The notes: a model not told the origin generated them from the sequence alone. A stretch of DNA of 64,000 nucleotides from Chitinophaga pinensis (GCA_945874665.1 CAMCHJ010000004.1:1169-65168), one strand, 5' to 3'; shown: positions 17,545 through 28,073, numbered from the stretch's first letter. Made by a program: numbers and translations.

Positions 17545-18987
17545 CTAAGGCTTGATAAAAGCACTTAAGCTGCCGCTACTACTTATGAAGAGCAGGATAT
17601 AGCGCTCGCTCAACTGCACTTCGTTTGGTTCAAGTCTGTCGATACGGCCAGAAAGGGTTAAAAATTCACCGAGCGATTGCTGTTTTATACTGTTTTCTGC
17701 CATTTTTCGAACTTCCGCTAACTCTTTTTGAATGGGATACCGTAACTGGGCCTCTACCTGCTTGCGGAAGGTGCTTTTGAACAGCCATTCTGCCGATTGC
17801 AGCAAAATATCGCGCGACTTGATATCGAAATCGAAGTCTTTAATGCGGATTTCCATACTCTTGGCATCGTAATATGGCGTGCCCTTGAAATAATAGGTGC
17901 CGTCGATCTTCTTTTTGCCAATCCAACCAGCCTTGGCCTTCCCCACTAGCTTTACTTTGGCTACCAGGGTATTGCCCTTGCCGTACAACAGTATGTCTTC
18001 GATGCGGATTTGGTGCTTGCCATTTTCGAAGCTAAAAGTTTGTTTGCTGAGGTTGTCGTTGGCCAAACGGGTGGCTGTGGCGTAGTCGAGACCAGCTACT
18101 AAACGCAGCTGCACCGCCTCCTGCAAAGGTTGGTTCACCCTTAAATTGGGTACTGGCTTGGGAATGCGTTTAGCGCCTGCTATTTCGCCAGTGGTACTGA
18201 GCAGTACTGTGGTGCGTATGCCGGCCGTGGTGCGCAAGGCGGTGGCATCGGTTACGAGGGGTGCTAAATAAATCGAATCGGGGGCGAGGTAGAGCATGGC
18301 AGGTACAGGACCGCTGATGGCAATCGGCTCAAACAGTTTCTTCCAGTAACCTGCTACCTGGCTCTTAAATTGTAATTGCTTTTTGGCTTCGGCATCTAAA
18401 GTGGCTGCTATGCGGGCTAGCTGTTGCTCTACCACCTTCTCTACCACAGTGCCAATGGGGATTTTGAGGATACCGACTTCTAGATAGGGGCGTTCAGTCC
18501 ATTTAAACGAAACCTGCGACTGCGTTTGTACCCGCCAATCTTCTAAAACCTGGACTTTACTGCTGAGTGTTACTTCGATGTTGAATTGTGCATCTTGCTG
18601 CAGCTGTGGTGCATGGGTATTGCTTAACAGGCCGCCTAAAGTCGACTTCACCCTTGCTTTTACGTAAATATTCAACGGCACTTTGACTTGTAAAAATTCG
18701 CCTTTGGCGCCCACTCGCATAGGTGCGGTGCGTTTTACAACGAGCATCAGGTCGTCGCCCCCATTGTCGTTGTAGTCACGGTCCTCGTACAATAGCTCCC
18801 CAATTTCACGGTTTAAAATGCTGGCTATGTCGGCATATGGCAAGCTTATCGGGATGTTAACCGTGCTCATCGGCAAGGTTACTTCGGCTGCTTTGTTGGA
18901 GAGTGTAGGCGCGGGGGCGTCTTCTATCTTGCGACTGCAACTGCTGGCCATCACAGCCAAGAGTAGAAAAAGCAAGGGTATTTTCAT
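17545..18987 (-). CDS. hypothetical lipoprotein (DUF4403-like)
   Basis: Lipoprotein signal MKIPLLFLLLAVMASSCS. 480 aa with no catalytic motifs recognised. The 4-nt overlap with tdk suggests co-transcription. Confidence 0.5.
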   Translation of the reverse strand: MKIPLLFLLLAVMASSCSRKIEDAPAPTLSNKAAEVTLPMSTVNIPISLPYADIASILNREIGELLYEDRDYNDNGGDDLMLVVKRTAPMRVGAKGEFLQVKVPLNIYVKARVKSTLGGLLSNTHAPQLQQDAQFNIEVTLSSKVQVLEDWRVQTQSQVSFKWTERPYLEVGILKIPIGTVVEKVVEQQLARIAATLDAEAKKQLQFKSQVAGYWKKLFEPIAISGPVPAMLYLAPDSIYLAPLVTDATALRTTAGIRTTVLLSTTGEIAGAKRIPKPVPNLRVNQPLQEAVQLRLVAGLDYATATRLANDNLSKQTFSFENGKHQIRIEDILLYGKGNTLVAKVKLVGKAKAGWIGKKKIDGTYYFKGTPYYDAKSMEIRIKDFDFDIKSRDILLQSAEWLFKSTFRKQVEAQLRYPIQKELAEVRKMAENSIKQQSLGEFLTLSGRIDRLEPNEVQLSERYILLFISSSGSLSAFIKP

Positions 18988-19568
18988 AGGGTCCTAGCCT
19001 TCATGCCAACCGAAAAACAATGTCGGCAGCGAGGTTCGTAGCTTTCTTTTTCACCCAATAGTACCTTACTGTCGCTGGCCGTAGTGCGATAACTGTGACT
19101 TGCCAAATCGCCGCATTGCACACAAATGGCATGTACCTTGGTTACGTATTCCGCTACCGATAGCAGCTGGGGCATTGGGCCAAAAGGTTTGCCGAGGTAG
19201 TCCATATCTAAGCCCGCAATAATCACCCTGCTGCCTCTTGCGGCCAGTTGCTGGGCGACGCTGATGAGCTCTTCGTCGAAAAATTGGGCTTCGTCTATGC
19301 CAATTACCTCCACTTCGGAGGCATACAGCAAGATATTGGAGGCGTGTTCCACGGGGGTGGAAGGGATGCTGTTGGCATTATGTGATACAATAGCGCTTTC
19401 ATCGTAGCGGGTATCAAGCAGCGGCTTAAAAATCTCAGTTTTTTGATTGGCAAACTGGGCGCGTCGCAATCTGCGGATGAGTTCCTCCGTTTTACCAGAG
19501 AACATCGAGCCGCAGATAACTTCAATCCAGCCTTTTTGATGGCCGTGGATACGTGGTTCGGTGAACAT
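18984..19568 (-). CDS. tdk: thymidine kinase
   Basis: P-loop GSMFSGKTEEL. C-terminal zinc ribbon CVQCG...CRHCF. 194 aa. Confidence 0.9.
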   Translation of the reverse strand: MFTEPRIHGHQKGWIEVICGSMFSGKTEELIRRLRRAQFANQKTEIFKPLLDTRYDESAIVSHNANSIPSTPVEHASNILLYASEVEVIGIDEAQFFDEELISVAQQLAARGSRVIIAGLDMDYLGKPFGPMPQLLSVAEYVTKVHAICVQCGDLASHSYRTTASDSKVLLGEKESYEPRCRHCFSVGMKARTL

Positions 19569-19629
19569 GTTTTTTGATTCGTAAAGAAGACCGTACCTTA
19601 GTAGCGGAAAACAAAAATAGTATTTTCAA

Positions 19630-20520
19630 TTGCCAAAACAGCGCCTCATGCACGATAGCCATAAAATTCGAACCTTACTTGCTTGTATCGACGATTTAAC
19701 CAAAGCCGTACAGGAAATGTCGGCTGAGGCAGATGTCCATCAAGCCGATCAAGACCTGCTTTTGTACCGAAGCCGCTTGTTTTATGAGGCTGTTTTGTGC
19801 ATGCCCACGGCTGATGCGGTGGCACCTCTGGCACCAGCCCCTTCAGCGGTAGCCGAGAGTACGGAAGGAGCAGCGTCTAGTTTGATGAATTCCTTTACCG
19901 AAGCCCTTGAGCACACCATTGAAGCGGCAGTAGAGCAAGCCATCGGTCAAAATCAGGAAGTGGAGGTAGATTTAACCTTGGAAACCACTCATGAGCTTGA
20001 AACAACAGCTGTTGAAGAGGTACTTGTGGTAATGGAAGAGGAGGCGTCAGTGGTTGCAGCAGCGGTTTTGGAAGTAGAAGCCGAGCCGGCAGATGCGGTA
20101 GAAGAAGCAGTTCCCGCGGCTGATGCAGCTACAGCCGAAGCGGCCACCCCCGCCACTCCTGAAGCCATACCCGCTCCAGCAGCCAAAACACCTGCCAAAA
20201 GCATGGCCTTTTCGCTAACGGGCATCATCGAACGTTCCGGCAACAGCCACTTGGTGATGGCGCATCTCAAGCTAAAGCCTATCGATGACCTCAAATCAGG
20301 CATTGGCCTCAATGAAAAGTTCCTGTTCATCCGTGAGCTGTTTGGTAACGATCACCTGGCCTATGCCGATGCCATCGAAAAGCTCAACGCCGCTCCAACG
20401 CTGGCAGCCGCTGAAAAAATATTGGCTGCAGAGGTATTGCCGCAACAGCAGTGGGACCTCGAAACCGAAGCCGCCCTGTCGTTTTTACACCTGATTTTTA
20501 GAAGATTCGCTACGTCTTAA
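19630..20520 (+). CDS. hypothetical protein with an acidic Ala/Glu/Val/Thr-rich low-complexity core and a structured C-terminal domain
   Basis: 296 aa. Divergent from tdk. The N-terminal 60 aa and C-terminal 100 aa (LTGIIERSGNSHLVMAHLKLKP...FLHLIFRRF) look ordered. Confidence 0.4.
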   Translation: MPKQRLMHDSHKIRTLLACIDDLTKAVQEMSAEADVHQADQDLLLYRSRLFYEAVLCMPTADAVAPLAPAPSAVAESTEGAASSLMNSFTEALEHTIEAAVEQAIGQNQEVEVDLTLETTHELETTAVEEVLVVMEEEASVVAAAVLEVEAEPADAVEEAVPAADAATAEAATPATPEAIPAPAAKTPAKSMAFSLTGIIERSGNSHLVMAHLKLKPIDDLKSGIGLNEKFLFIRELFGNDHLAYADAIEKLNAAPTLAAAEKILAAEVLPQQQWDLETEAALSFLHLIFRRFATS

Positions 20521-21320
20521 GCCGGCTCTGCCTGTAAATCCAGCTCGCTTTGTCCAGTTAAAAACTGTATAGCAGCCTCATTAAAGCGCTGGGCTTGCTC
20601 AATGGTTACCACATGACCGCACTGCTCTACCACTTCTAATGTGGCCGCTTTTGTGCGGGCAACCATGTCGGCCACAGTGGGTAAAAACATATGGTCTTGC
20701 CTGCCCATTACATAAAGCGTTGGAATATCAGGCAAAGCCGCTTCGAAGCGCCGCAGGATGGGTGTTAGCTGTCCTGTAAGCTTGTACCACCGTAAAAACT
20801 CCTTGCGCGCCAGCTTTTGGGCTTCCCTGATGAAAAAATTACGCGATTCGGCATGGTTGGCCCGAGGCATGATTACAAAAGCAAACAGCTTGTATAACCA
20901 CATGAAGGGCAAAACATTTTTAAACATCCGGCCCAATCCCACAAAAAACTTACCCCTTACATCCAGCTTGGTAATGGCACCGGCCATCACCATGCTGCTC
21001 ACGCGTTGCGGGTGCATTTCGGCGAGTTGCCTAATCACTATGGTGCCCAGCGAAACGCCCACAAAATGGGCTTTGGCAATTTGCAAGTGATCGAGCACTT
21101 CCAAAACATCACTGGCAATGGCTTCAAAAGAGTACTGCTGCGCATTTTCGGTAACACCCGGCGAGCGCCCATGCCCCCGCAAATCTACCAGCAGTAAATT
21201 AAAATGAGCACTAAAAGCACGCACCTGCTTGTACCAAATAGAGGAGTTGCCCCCCGCACCGTGGATAAAAACCACCCAAGGAGCAGTCTGACTGTGCGCA
21301 TGTGTTTTGTAGTGCAGCAT
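20517..21320 (-). CDS. alpha/beta-fold hydrolase
   Basis: HGAGGNSS oxyanion region, nucleophile elbow GVSLG, and an Asp/His pair. Confidence 0.8.
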   Translation of the reverse strand: MLHYKTHAHSQTAPWVVFIHGAGGNSSIWYKQVRAFSAHFNLLLVDLRGHGRSPGVTENAQQYSFEAIASDVLEVLDHLQIAKAHFVGVSLGTIVIRQLAEMHPQRVSSMVMAGAITKLDVRGKFFVGLGRMFKNVLPFMWLYKLFAFVIMPRANHAESRNFFIREAQKLARKEFLRWYKLTGQLTPILRRFEAALPDIPTLYVMGRQDHMFLPTVADMVARTKAATLEVVEQCGHVVTIEQAQRFNEAAIQFLTGQSELDLQAEPA

Positions 21321-21362
21321 AAATAATGAACCTGTGAACGGGGATAACTAAATTAAAACAGC

Positions 21363-22058
21363 TTATGGTTGCGCAGTGTAAAGCAAAACTTGTTGATTTT
21401 TCATGTTTGAGCGACGCACGGCAATTACCTGCAAGGCTTGATCGTCGATGGGAAGAGAAGCTACGCCATCAATTGTTGCCAGAAGCGTGTGCGCCTCTTC
21501 GTCAAAAGCCTCTTCGCTGCCCAAGCTGCCGCGGTAAAATTTTACATTGGTGGCGCCGTTGCTCAAACGGATTTCCCACTTCCCAGCCTTTTCTTGCACC
21601 ACAATGCTTGGCTGCTTGATGGCTTTGCCGTTGAGTTGGTACTCGAGCAAACCAGGGACCGTTTTGCCGCCCTTCCACTTCAATACCGCCATGAGCTCAC
21701 CAGTATTGTAGTATTTTTTTTCAATGCCTTCTTTTTGATTGGCTACAAATTGAGCCTCTTGATACAATATGCCATCCTTGTAATACCACTTACTCCAGCC
21801 GTTTTTTAGGTTTGCTTGGTATTCGATGGCTGCAGCGAGCTGTCCACTTTCGTAATATTCACGTGCCACGCCATGCCGCATCCCGTCTTTTACAGGGACT
21901 TCGTTGCGGATTTTACCGTCTTCGTAGTAGTTTTTGGAGATGCCTGCGATTAGCCTGCCCGAAGCGTCTTTTACAAGCGTAGGCTCTTTTTCGGCGGTTT
22001 CGCAACTCGAAAAACCAACCAAAAAAGCGAGGAGTAAAGGGAGGAATGGCGTTTTCAT
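21363..22058 (-). CDS. MORN-repeat (YwqK-like) lipoprotein
   Basis: Repeated Gx(K/R)xGxxxxYYxxGxL MORN-variant units (KDGMRHGVAREYYESGQL, KNGWSKWYYKDGIL, KEGIEKKYYNTGEL). Lipobox LVGFSSC. Confidence 0.65.
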   Translation of the reverse strand: MKTPFLPLLLAFLVGFSSCETAEKEPTLVKDASGRLIAGISKNYYEDGKIRNEVPVKDGMRHGVAREYYESGQLAAAIEYQANLKNGWSKWYYKDGILYQEAQFVANQKEGIEKKYYNTGELMAVLKWKGGKTVPGLLEYQLNGKAIKQPSIVVQEKAGKWEIRLSNGATNVKFYRGSLGSEEAFDEEAHTLLATIDGVASLPIDDQALQVIAVRRSNMKNQQVLLYTAQP

Positions 22059-22111
22059 GTGTGACTTGAGTTGTAAGATAACCATTTAAAGGCCTTCCCC
22101 AAAATGCAATG

Positions 22112-23458
22112 CTACTGCCAGCGCGATAGGTTTTCGCAGCTTAGGTACTCCTGATCAATGTTGATATAGGTTTTGACCTTGGTTTTCATGAACCAAGCCT
22201 GTACCGTTTCAATGCGTTTCATGCTTAATGCCGCGTTTTGAATGCGGGCGTAGTCGGTGTCGAGGTTGGCTTGGTGCGGACTGGTACGGCTTTTCAGATA
22301 AAAGACACGAAAACCGCGGCTGCCATCGGGTGCCGAATAAGGTTGCGGGTCGCTCATTTCGCCTGGCTTGAGTTTATCAATGGCGAAATATACGTCGGGC
22401 GTTAGTTGATTAATGGTAAAAGTGCTCGTACCGCTGTTGGCCTCCATGAGCATGCCTCCGTTTTGCTTGCTTTCCTCGTCTTCCGAATGCTTTCGCACAG
22501 CGGCTGTAAAGTCAAGATTACCGGCAGTAATTTCTTTGCGAATAGAGTCTAACCGTATGCGCGCACCGTCTAACTCGCGGTTGCCTACAGGGGGTTTGAT
22601 GAGGATGTGGCGGCAATGTACCCGGTCGCCGCGGCGCTCTACTAATTGCAGGATGTGGTAACCAAACTTGGTGCGGATTACCGACGAAATTTCACCTGGC
22701 TTGAGCTTGAAGGCCACAGCTTCAAATTCGGGTACCATCTCGCCACGGCCAAAAAAGCCCAATGAACCACCTTCTTTGGCCGACCCTGGGTCCTCAGAAT
22801 ATAAAAGGGCAAGGGTGGTAAAATTTTCACCCTTCAAAATCCTGCTGCGAATATCGCCGAGCTTCTCAATGGTAAACTCTTTTTGCACAGGGCCAATTTC
22901 TGGGAAAAGTACAATTTGGCCTATTTCAATTTCTGCGTCAAAGTAAGGGATACTGTCAGCAGGCACTTTGGCGAAATAAGCCTGCACCTCACGTGGTGAA
23001 ATGGTAACGTTTTGCGTGATTTGCTCCTGCATTTTTTGCGCCAAAACCATTTCTTTGATCTGGGGGCGAAACTCTTCTTTGATCTCGAGTATGGATTTAC
23101 CGTAAAACTCTTCGAGTTTTTCGCGACTGCCAATCATGGAAATGAAATAGCGCATCCGGCGATCAATTTGGCCTTCAATTTCTTCGTCGCTTACCTCTAA
23201 GGAGTCGAGCTCCGCCTGCCGCAACATAAGTTTGTTGGTCAGCAACTGGTCGATGATGATGCACTTCATGTCGGGATCGGGGTCGTTGCCTTGCGCTATC
23301 CAGTTGGCATATTCCGACTCTACATCCGATTTGAGGATGATCTTATCGCCTACAACAGCCACCAAACCATCCACCATGCTCGATTTCGACGGCTGGGCCT
23401 TTACTAAAACCGCTGCCAGAAGCAACAGCATCACAAATATTGGTTTCTTTAAACGCAT
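22112..23458 (-). CDS. SurA-like peptidyl-prolyl cis-trans isomerase (parvulin domains)
   Basis: Signal peptide. Two PpiC/parvulin blocks (SEDPGSAKEGGSLGFFGRGEMVPEFE...GYHILQL, and a second near RHILIK). Confidence 0.8.
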   Translation of the reverse strand: MRLKKPIFVMLLLLAAVLVKAQPSKSSMVDGLVAVVGDKIILKSDVESEYANWIAQGNDPDPDMKCIIIDQLLTNKLMLRQAELDSLEVSDEEIEGQIDRRMRYFISMIGSREKLEEFYGKSILEIKEEFRPQIKEMVLAQKMQEQITQNVTISPREVQAYFAKVPADSIPYFDAEIEIGQIVLFPEIGPVQKEFTIEKLGDIRSRILKGENFTTLALLYSEDPGSAKEGGSLGFFGRGEMVPEFEAVAFKLKPGEISSVIRTKFGYHILQLVERRGDRVHCRHILIKPPVGNRELDGARIRLDSIRKEITAGNLDFTAAVRKHSEDEESKQNGGMLMEANSGTSTFTINQLTPDVYFAIDKLKPGEMSDPQPYSAPDGSRGFRVFYLKSRTSPHQANLDTDYARIQNAALSMKRIETVQAWFMKTKVKTYINIDQEYLSCENLSRWQ

Positions 23459-23474
23459 AAGTTGGTGCCAACCC

Positions 23475-24332
23475 CTATCGGGTCAACGCATAAATTTCAA
23501 TCTTTTTTTCTTCCTGAGCCTTTCGGTAACGCTCCTGGTAATAACGCTCAATAAACTCCTGTCGTCTCTGCAACAGAATCAAACTACGGATATTAAATAC
23601 TTCGAAGCTTAAAGGAGATGGCTCACCCACACTGCGATGGGCTTTCGTTACTAAAAAATACCGAAAAAGGGAGTCTTCTACCGTTTGCACTGTTTGGTGA
23701 CTTGTGAAGTTGAATTGCTGAATCAAATCAGGGTCCATCCCCCGCATCACCTCATCTACATACACCCAATTGGTGTCAGGGAGTTGCGAGCTAAAGGCAT
23801 ACTGAAAACAATAATCAGCCAGGGCCTCCGCGTCTTTTTCGCGTTTGGAGAGCAACAATCGCCGCAATTTATCTTGCTTTGGGGCCTTCAATTCTACTTT
23901 CACAAAACGACCTTTCATCAAGGCCCTGCGCAGTTCGAATTGCTCTTTGTTGGCATTATAATAGGTTTCCACCACTTTTTCGTCGATACTGGTGTCCATT
24001 TGCGGCGCCAAAATCTCCGTTTCAAAACGGTAGCGCAGCAGCGAAAGCCTGTAATCTTCGAGCTTGTCGCTGAAGTCCTTTTGCTCTGGCCGCAATTGCT
24101 CCTCTGCCTCTAAAATAATCAGATGCTGCCGAATCCAAGTGTCGATGTAGGCCTTTGTGCGCTGTAAACTGTCTTCAGGCGAGCTGCCCTCTGGCACCAA
24201 ACCCTGCAAATTGGCTTGGTACAAGTACATTTTTCCTACACGCGCAACGGCATCTGCTTGCGGACCGCCTTTGTCAAAATATTGACAGCCCGCAAGTAGT
24301 AATCCGATGCTCAAGTAGGAAAGTAGTTTCAA
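23475..24332 (-). CDS. hypothetical lipoprotein (SurA N-terminal-chaperone-like)
   Basis: Lipobox LLLAGCQ. Lies between two parvulin genes on the same strand. Confidence 0.45.
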   Translation of the reverse strand: MKLLSYLSIGLLLAGCQYFDKGGPQADAVARVGKMYLYQANLQGLVPEGSSPEDSLQRTKAYIDTWIRQHLIILEAEEQLRPEQKDFSDKLEDYRLSLLRYRFETEILAPQMDTSIDEKVVETYYNANKEQFELRRALMKGRFVKVELKAPKQDKLRRLLLSKREKDAEALADYCFQYAFSSQLPDTNWVYVDEVMRGMDPDLIQQFNFTSHQTVQTVEDSLFRYFLVTKAHRSVGEPSPLSFEVFNIRSLILLQRRQEFIERYYQERYRKAQEEKKIEIYALTR

Positions 24333-24334
24333 TG

Positions 24335-26290
24335 TTATTTAGGCAAAATGCTGTTAAAGGTATCCTTGTTGACTACCACTTTGTAGCGCGATTCCAAATC
24401 TTTGATCCACTCGCGCTCCAAATGCTGCTGATAGTCGGAGGTGGCCAAGCCTCTGATCTCAGATAATGGCTTTACTGATGGCTCTAAAAGGGCGTTGATG
24501 CGAACAAAAACAAACTGCCCGTTATGTTCTTTGATGTCGCTCAAACCTGTTTTTTGCTCGAACAAGGCCAGTATAGGCGTGCTTCCTGTTTCAAATTTGC
24601 CGCTGTTGATTTTGAGCGTCAACGGATTTTTGCTGTTGTGGGTGCTAAGTAACTTGGCGTGCGTGTTTTTCTTCTTGCCTGCGGCTTTCCGGATACTCTT
24701 GGCAGTTTTGGCGTCAATAACCGTGAAAATATCGGCGTCGGTACGCGCTTGGTACATGTATTTGCTGCCGTTGGTGGCATGAAACTCCTGCAAGCCAGTG
24801 GTGTCGGTTACGGCTTTCGACCAAACCATCTGGTCGGTGAGGTCAAACAACAGAATGCCTTCACGGTACTCTTTCATCAAAACACGGAAGTCGGCGAATT
24901 TGCTTTCTAAACGGCTGTCTTCGTAAGCCAACAGCTGCTCCTCAACCCAAGTCTGATACATTTTTTCAAGGAAGATGTTGAGGTCAGCCGACATTAGGAG
25001 GGGCTGTTTTGACTGATATAACTGCACTAAATCGCTTTGTTTGAATTTTTTATCACCAAAGCTGATCACCACTTCGTCTTTCACAAAATCGGCAGGCGTC
25101 CAAGTATTTTCGCGGTAAGCGCTTTCATTCATAACCTTCTGCACTGCTGTACGTGCTTTTTGGTTTTCAACGAACTTATACTCGGCCTTCAGTTTGTTGA
25201 GCAGATTGGCTTTGTTGATGTTGGCACGGGCGTCGCGGGCAATTCGAGCTTCGAGGTCAGATTTGGATTGCTCGAAGGAAGGCACGCCTCGCAAGTCAAT
25301 GCGCTTGATGATGTGCCAGCCGTAAGGGGTAAGGATGGGCTCCGAGAGGTCACCATCGTTTTTTAAACCAAAAGCGGTTTCTTCAAATTCGGCTACCATG
25401 CGGCCAGAACCAAAATAAGGCAACAGACCTTTGTTGGTAGAAGAGCTTGGGTCTTCGCTGTACTGCGCCACCAATTGCTCAAAATTTTCGCCTGCTTTGA
25501 TTTTTTTGTGCAGCTCTTGGATGCGCTTTTGGGTTTGGGCTTTGATGGAGTCGGTATCGGTGTTTTTAATGACCAACATGAGGTGCGCCACCCTGATTTC
25601 GCCACGTGCCGGGCGCTCGTCGGTTGCCTTGAGGATGTGGTAACCGTATTGGGTGCGGAAAACCGGCGAAATCTGCCCGATTTTGGTTTTGTAGGCCACG
25701 TCTTCAAAAGCATAAATCATGCGAAAAGCACTGAAGAAGCCCAGGTCGCCACCATTGTCCTTGGCCGATGGGTCTTCCGACAACTCGCGGGCCAATGCAC
25801 TAAAACTTTCTTCCTTCAGCAAGCGCTCGCGAATTTGGGTCGCTTTTTTGAAGGCTGCCAAACTGTCGGCAGCTGGTGCATTTTCTTCCACGCGAATCAT
25901 AATGTGACTCGCCCGACGCTCAGTGCGGGTACGCTCATAGGCCTCCATTAGCAAGGCTTCGTTACTTTCTTTGTCGCGCAAATAAGGCTGCGCCAGTTGC
26001 GTGCGGTAGTTGTCGAGCTCGCGCTTGAACTTGGCCGAGGTATCTAAACCCAAAGCGTAAGCCTCTTGCACTTTTAGCTTAAATTTAATGTATAGGTCGA
26101 GGTATTCATTTAAGTCGGCCGTCGTAGCTTCTTTTTTGCTGTAGTTGTTTTTGTTGAATACGGTCAAAAACTCATTCACACTCACGGCATCACCATTCAC
26201 TGAAAAAAGGACACGTTCATCAGCTTGGGCTAAAACCAAAGCAGGCGCGCTGATAAGGAACATTAGTGACAGGAAAAGTAATTTTTTCAT
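24335..26290 (-). CDS. peptidyl-prolyl cis-trans isomerase, SurA/PpiD-like with two parvulin domains
   Basis: Signal peptide. Parvulin blocks SEDPSAKDNGGDLGFF...GYHILK and SEDPSSSTNKGLLPYFGSGRMVAEFE...GWHIIK. Confidence 0.8.
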   Translation of the reverse strand: MKKLLFLSLMFLISAPALVLAQADERVLFSVNGDAVSVNEFLTVFNKNNYSKKEATTADLNEYLDLYIKFKLKVQEAYALGLDTSAKFKRELDNYRTQLAQPYLRDKESNEALLMEAYERTRTERRASHIMIRVEENAPAADSLAAFKKATQIRERLLKEESFSALARELSEDPSAKDNGGDLGFFSAFRMIYAFEDVAYKTKIGQISPVFRTQYGYHILKATDERPARGEIRVAHLMLVIKNTDTDSIKAQTQKRIQELHKKIKAGENFEQLVAQYSEDPSSSTNKGLLPYFGSGRMVAEFEETAFGLKNDGDLSEPILTPYGWHIIKRIDLRGVPSFEQSKSDLEARIARDARANINKANLLNKLKAEYKFVENQKARTAVQKVMNESAYRENTWTPADFVKDEVVISFGDKKFKQSDLVQLYQSKQPLLMSADLNIFLEKMYQTWVEEQLLAYEDSRLESKFADFRVLMKEYREGILLFDLTDQMVWSKAVTDTTGLQEFHATNGSKYMYQARTDADIFTVIDAKTAKSIRKAAGKKKNTHAKLLSTHNSKNPLTLKINSGKFETGSTPILALFEQKTGLSDIKEHNGQFVFVRINALLEPSVKPLSEIRGLATSDYQQHLEREWIKDLESRYKVVVNKDTFNSILPK

Positions 26291-26425
26291 ATAGCTATTA
26301 GTTGTTTAAAGATGCATGACTTCTTAACAATTACAACGCCAAATAAATCAACTCATTTTGCGCAATTGTTTTCGAAGAATTGCAAAAATAAAGATTAATA
26401 CACACCTGCGCCTTAGGTTTACAAA

Positions 26426-27115
26426 ATGTGGCACGCGATGCATCATTTTGTGGACTTATTTTACCCGCGCTTGTGCCTTGGGTGTAGTCGCAATTTGTAT
26501 GCACATGAGGCGGATATCTGCTGGACCTGCCTCTATCGGTTGCCCCGGACGCATTGGCATGGGATGGCCGATAACCCGCTAGAACGGCTTTTTTGGGGAA
26601 GGATGGATGTTAAAGCGGTGACCTCTTTGCTGTATTTTACCAAGTCGGGCGTTACCCAACAACTCCTCCACAAACTCAAATACAAGGGCATGCAGCAGGT
26701 GGGAATAAAGCTAGGAAATATTTTGGGAGAGGAGCTGAAGGGGAGTGAGCGGTATGCGGGACTAGACCTGATCATTCCGGTGCCCTTGCATCCCAAAAAG
26801 GAACATTCGCGGGGCTATAACCAAAGCATGCTCATTGCAAGGGGCTTGGCCGAGGCTTTGGAAGTGCCCACAAACGGCCAATTATTGGTGCGCCCGCAAT
26901 TCACCGAAACCCAAACCCGCAAAGGACGATTTGAACGTTGGGAAAATGTATCGGAAGCCTTCGTTTGTCCCCAACCCGCCCTCCTCCAAAATAAAAAAGT
27001 GCTCTTAGTCGACGATGTACTTACCACTGGTGCCACACTCGAAGCCTGCGGTCAGGTACTGCAAGGGGCTGGTGCACAGCTATGGATGGCTACTTTGGCT
27101 TGTGCCTTGCGCTGA
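26426..27115 (+). CDS. comF: ComF family protein (double zinc ribbon plus phosphoribosyltransferase domain)
   Basis: N-terminal CLGCS...CWTC zinc ribbon. PRTase motif VLLVDDVLTTGATL. Confidence 0.8.
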   Translation: MWHAMHHFVDLFYPRLCLGCSRNLYAHEADICWTCLYRLPRTHWHGMADNPLERLFWGRMDVKAVTSLLYFTKSGVTQQLLHKLKYKGMQQVGIKLGNILGEELKGSERYAGLDLIIPVPLHPKKEHSRGYNQSMLIARGLAEALEVPTNGQLLVRPQFTETQTRKGRFERWENVSEAFVCPQPALLQNKKVLLVDDVLTTGATLEACGQVLQGAGAQLWMATLACALR

Positions 27116-27281
27116 TATAGCGTTTGAACAGCCGCATGATTGACGCATAATTAAATGTAGCTGAGGTGCTTGCGTTTAAAACGCCGATAACAGCTTAATA
27201 TGTAATTTGATTTTGACCCCCGCTAGGCTTATCGTAATTTTGCCGTGGCACTATGTTTGTTGGGAGCATAGAAATTCCCCT

Positions 27282-28073
27282 ATGAAGAAGCTTCTTTTTT
27301 TACTTGCCTTTGTATTTACAGCTACTGGAATGGCAAGTCTAGAGGCGCAAGAATATGCGGTTCGAAACATTCATAACAAGGCTTTTAAAGAAGGTGAGGT
27401 GCTCACTTTTAAGCTACACTATGGCTTTATTAATGCAGGCATTGGCGAGTTGCGGGTGATGGATAAGTCTGTGAAAGTGGCAGGCAAAGCGTGCTTACAT
27501 GTGGTAGCAACGGGTAGAACGCTGAGCTCTTTTGATTGGATTTACAAAGTGCGCGACCGGTACGAAACTTACATCGATGAACAGGCGATGGTGCCGATGA
27601 AGTTTGTGAGGGATGTTTATGAGGGGGGCTATGTGTTTAAGGACAAATACGTTTTCGATCAGCAAACCAATAAAGTAAATGCGAATGGGGAGTATTTTGA
27701 GGTGCCGCACTATGTGCAGGACATCGTTTCGAGCTTTTATTTTGCACGGACCCTGGACTTTAGAAACACACGCAAAGGCGACACCTTCCAAGTACCTATG
27801 TTTTTAGATAAAGAAACACATCATTTTAAGTTCAGGTTTATGGGCCGCACCACCCTCGATTTAGACAAAGGGAAATTTAAGGTGATGATATTTATGCCAG
27901 TGGTTATGAAGGGCCGTGTTTTCAAAAACGAAGAAGACCTCACGGTATATGTTTCGGACGACGATAATAAAATACCGCTGCAAATCAAAGCCAACATCCT
28001 CATTGGTTCGGTTAAAATGACACTCACCGACTATTCGGGACTTAAAAACCCGATGACTTCCAAAATCGATTAG
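27282..28073 (+). CDS. hypothetical secreted protein (DUF3108-like)
   Basis: Signal peptide MKKLLFLLAFVFTATGMASLEAQ. Start at ATG 27282 rather than the upstream non-ATG extension. Confidence 0.5.
   Translation: MKKLLFLLAFVFTATGMASLEAQEYAVRNIHNKAFKEGEVLTFKLHYGFINAGIGELRVMDKSVKVAGKACLHVVATGRTLSSFDWIYKVRDRYETYIDEQAMVPMKFVRDVYEGGYVFKDKYVFDQQTNKVNANGEYFEVPHYVQDIVSSFYFARTLDFRNTRKGDTFQVPMFLDKETHHFKFRFMGRTTLDLDKGKFKVMIFMPVVMKGRVFKNEEDLTVYVSDDDNKIPLQIKANILIGSVKMTLTDYSGLKNPMTSKID

Noticed and set aside
27116-27200. GCGTTTAAAACGC palindrome after comF as a terminator
   Set aside because: The arms are adjacent with a loop too short to fold. There is no U-tract.
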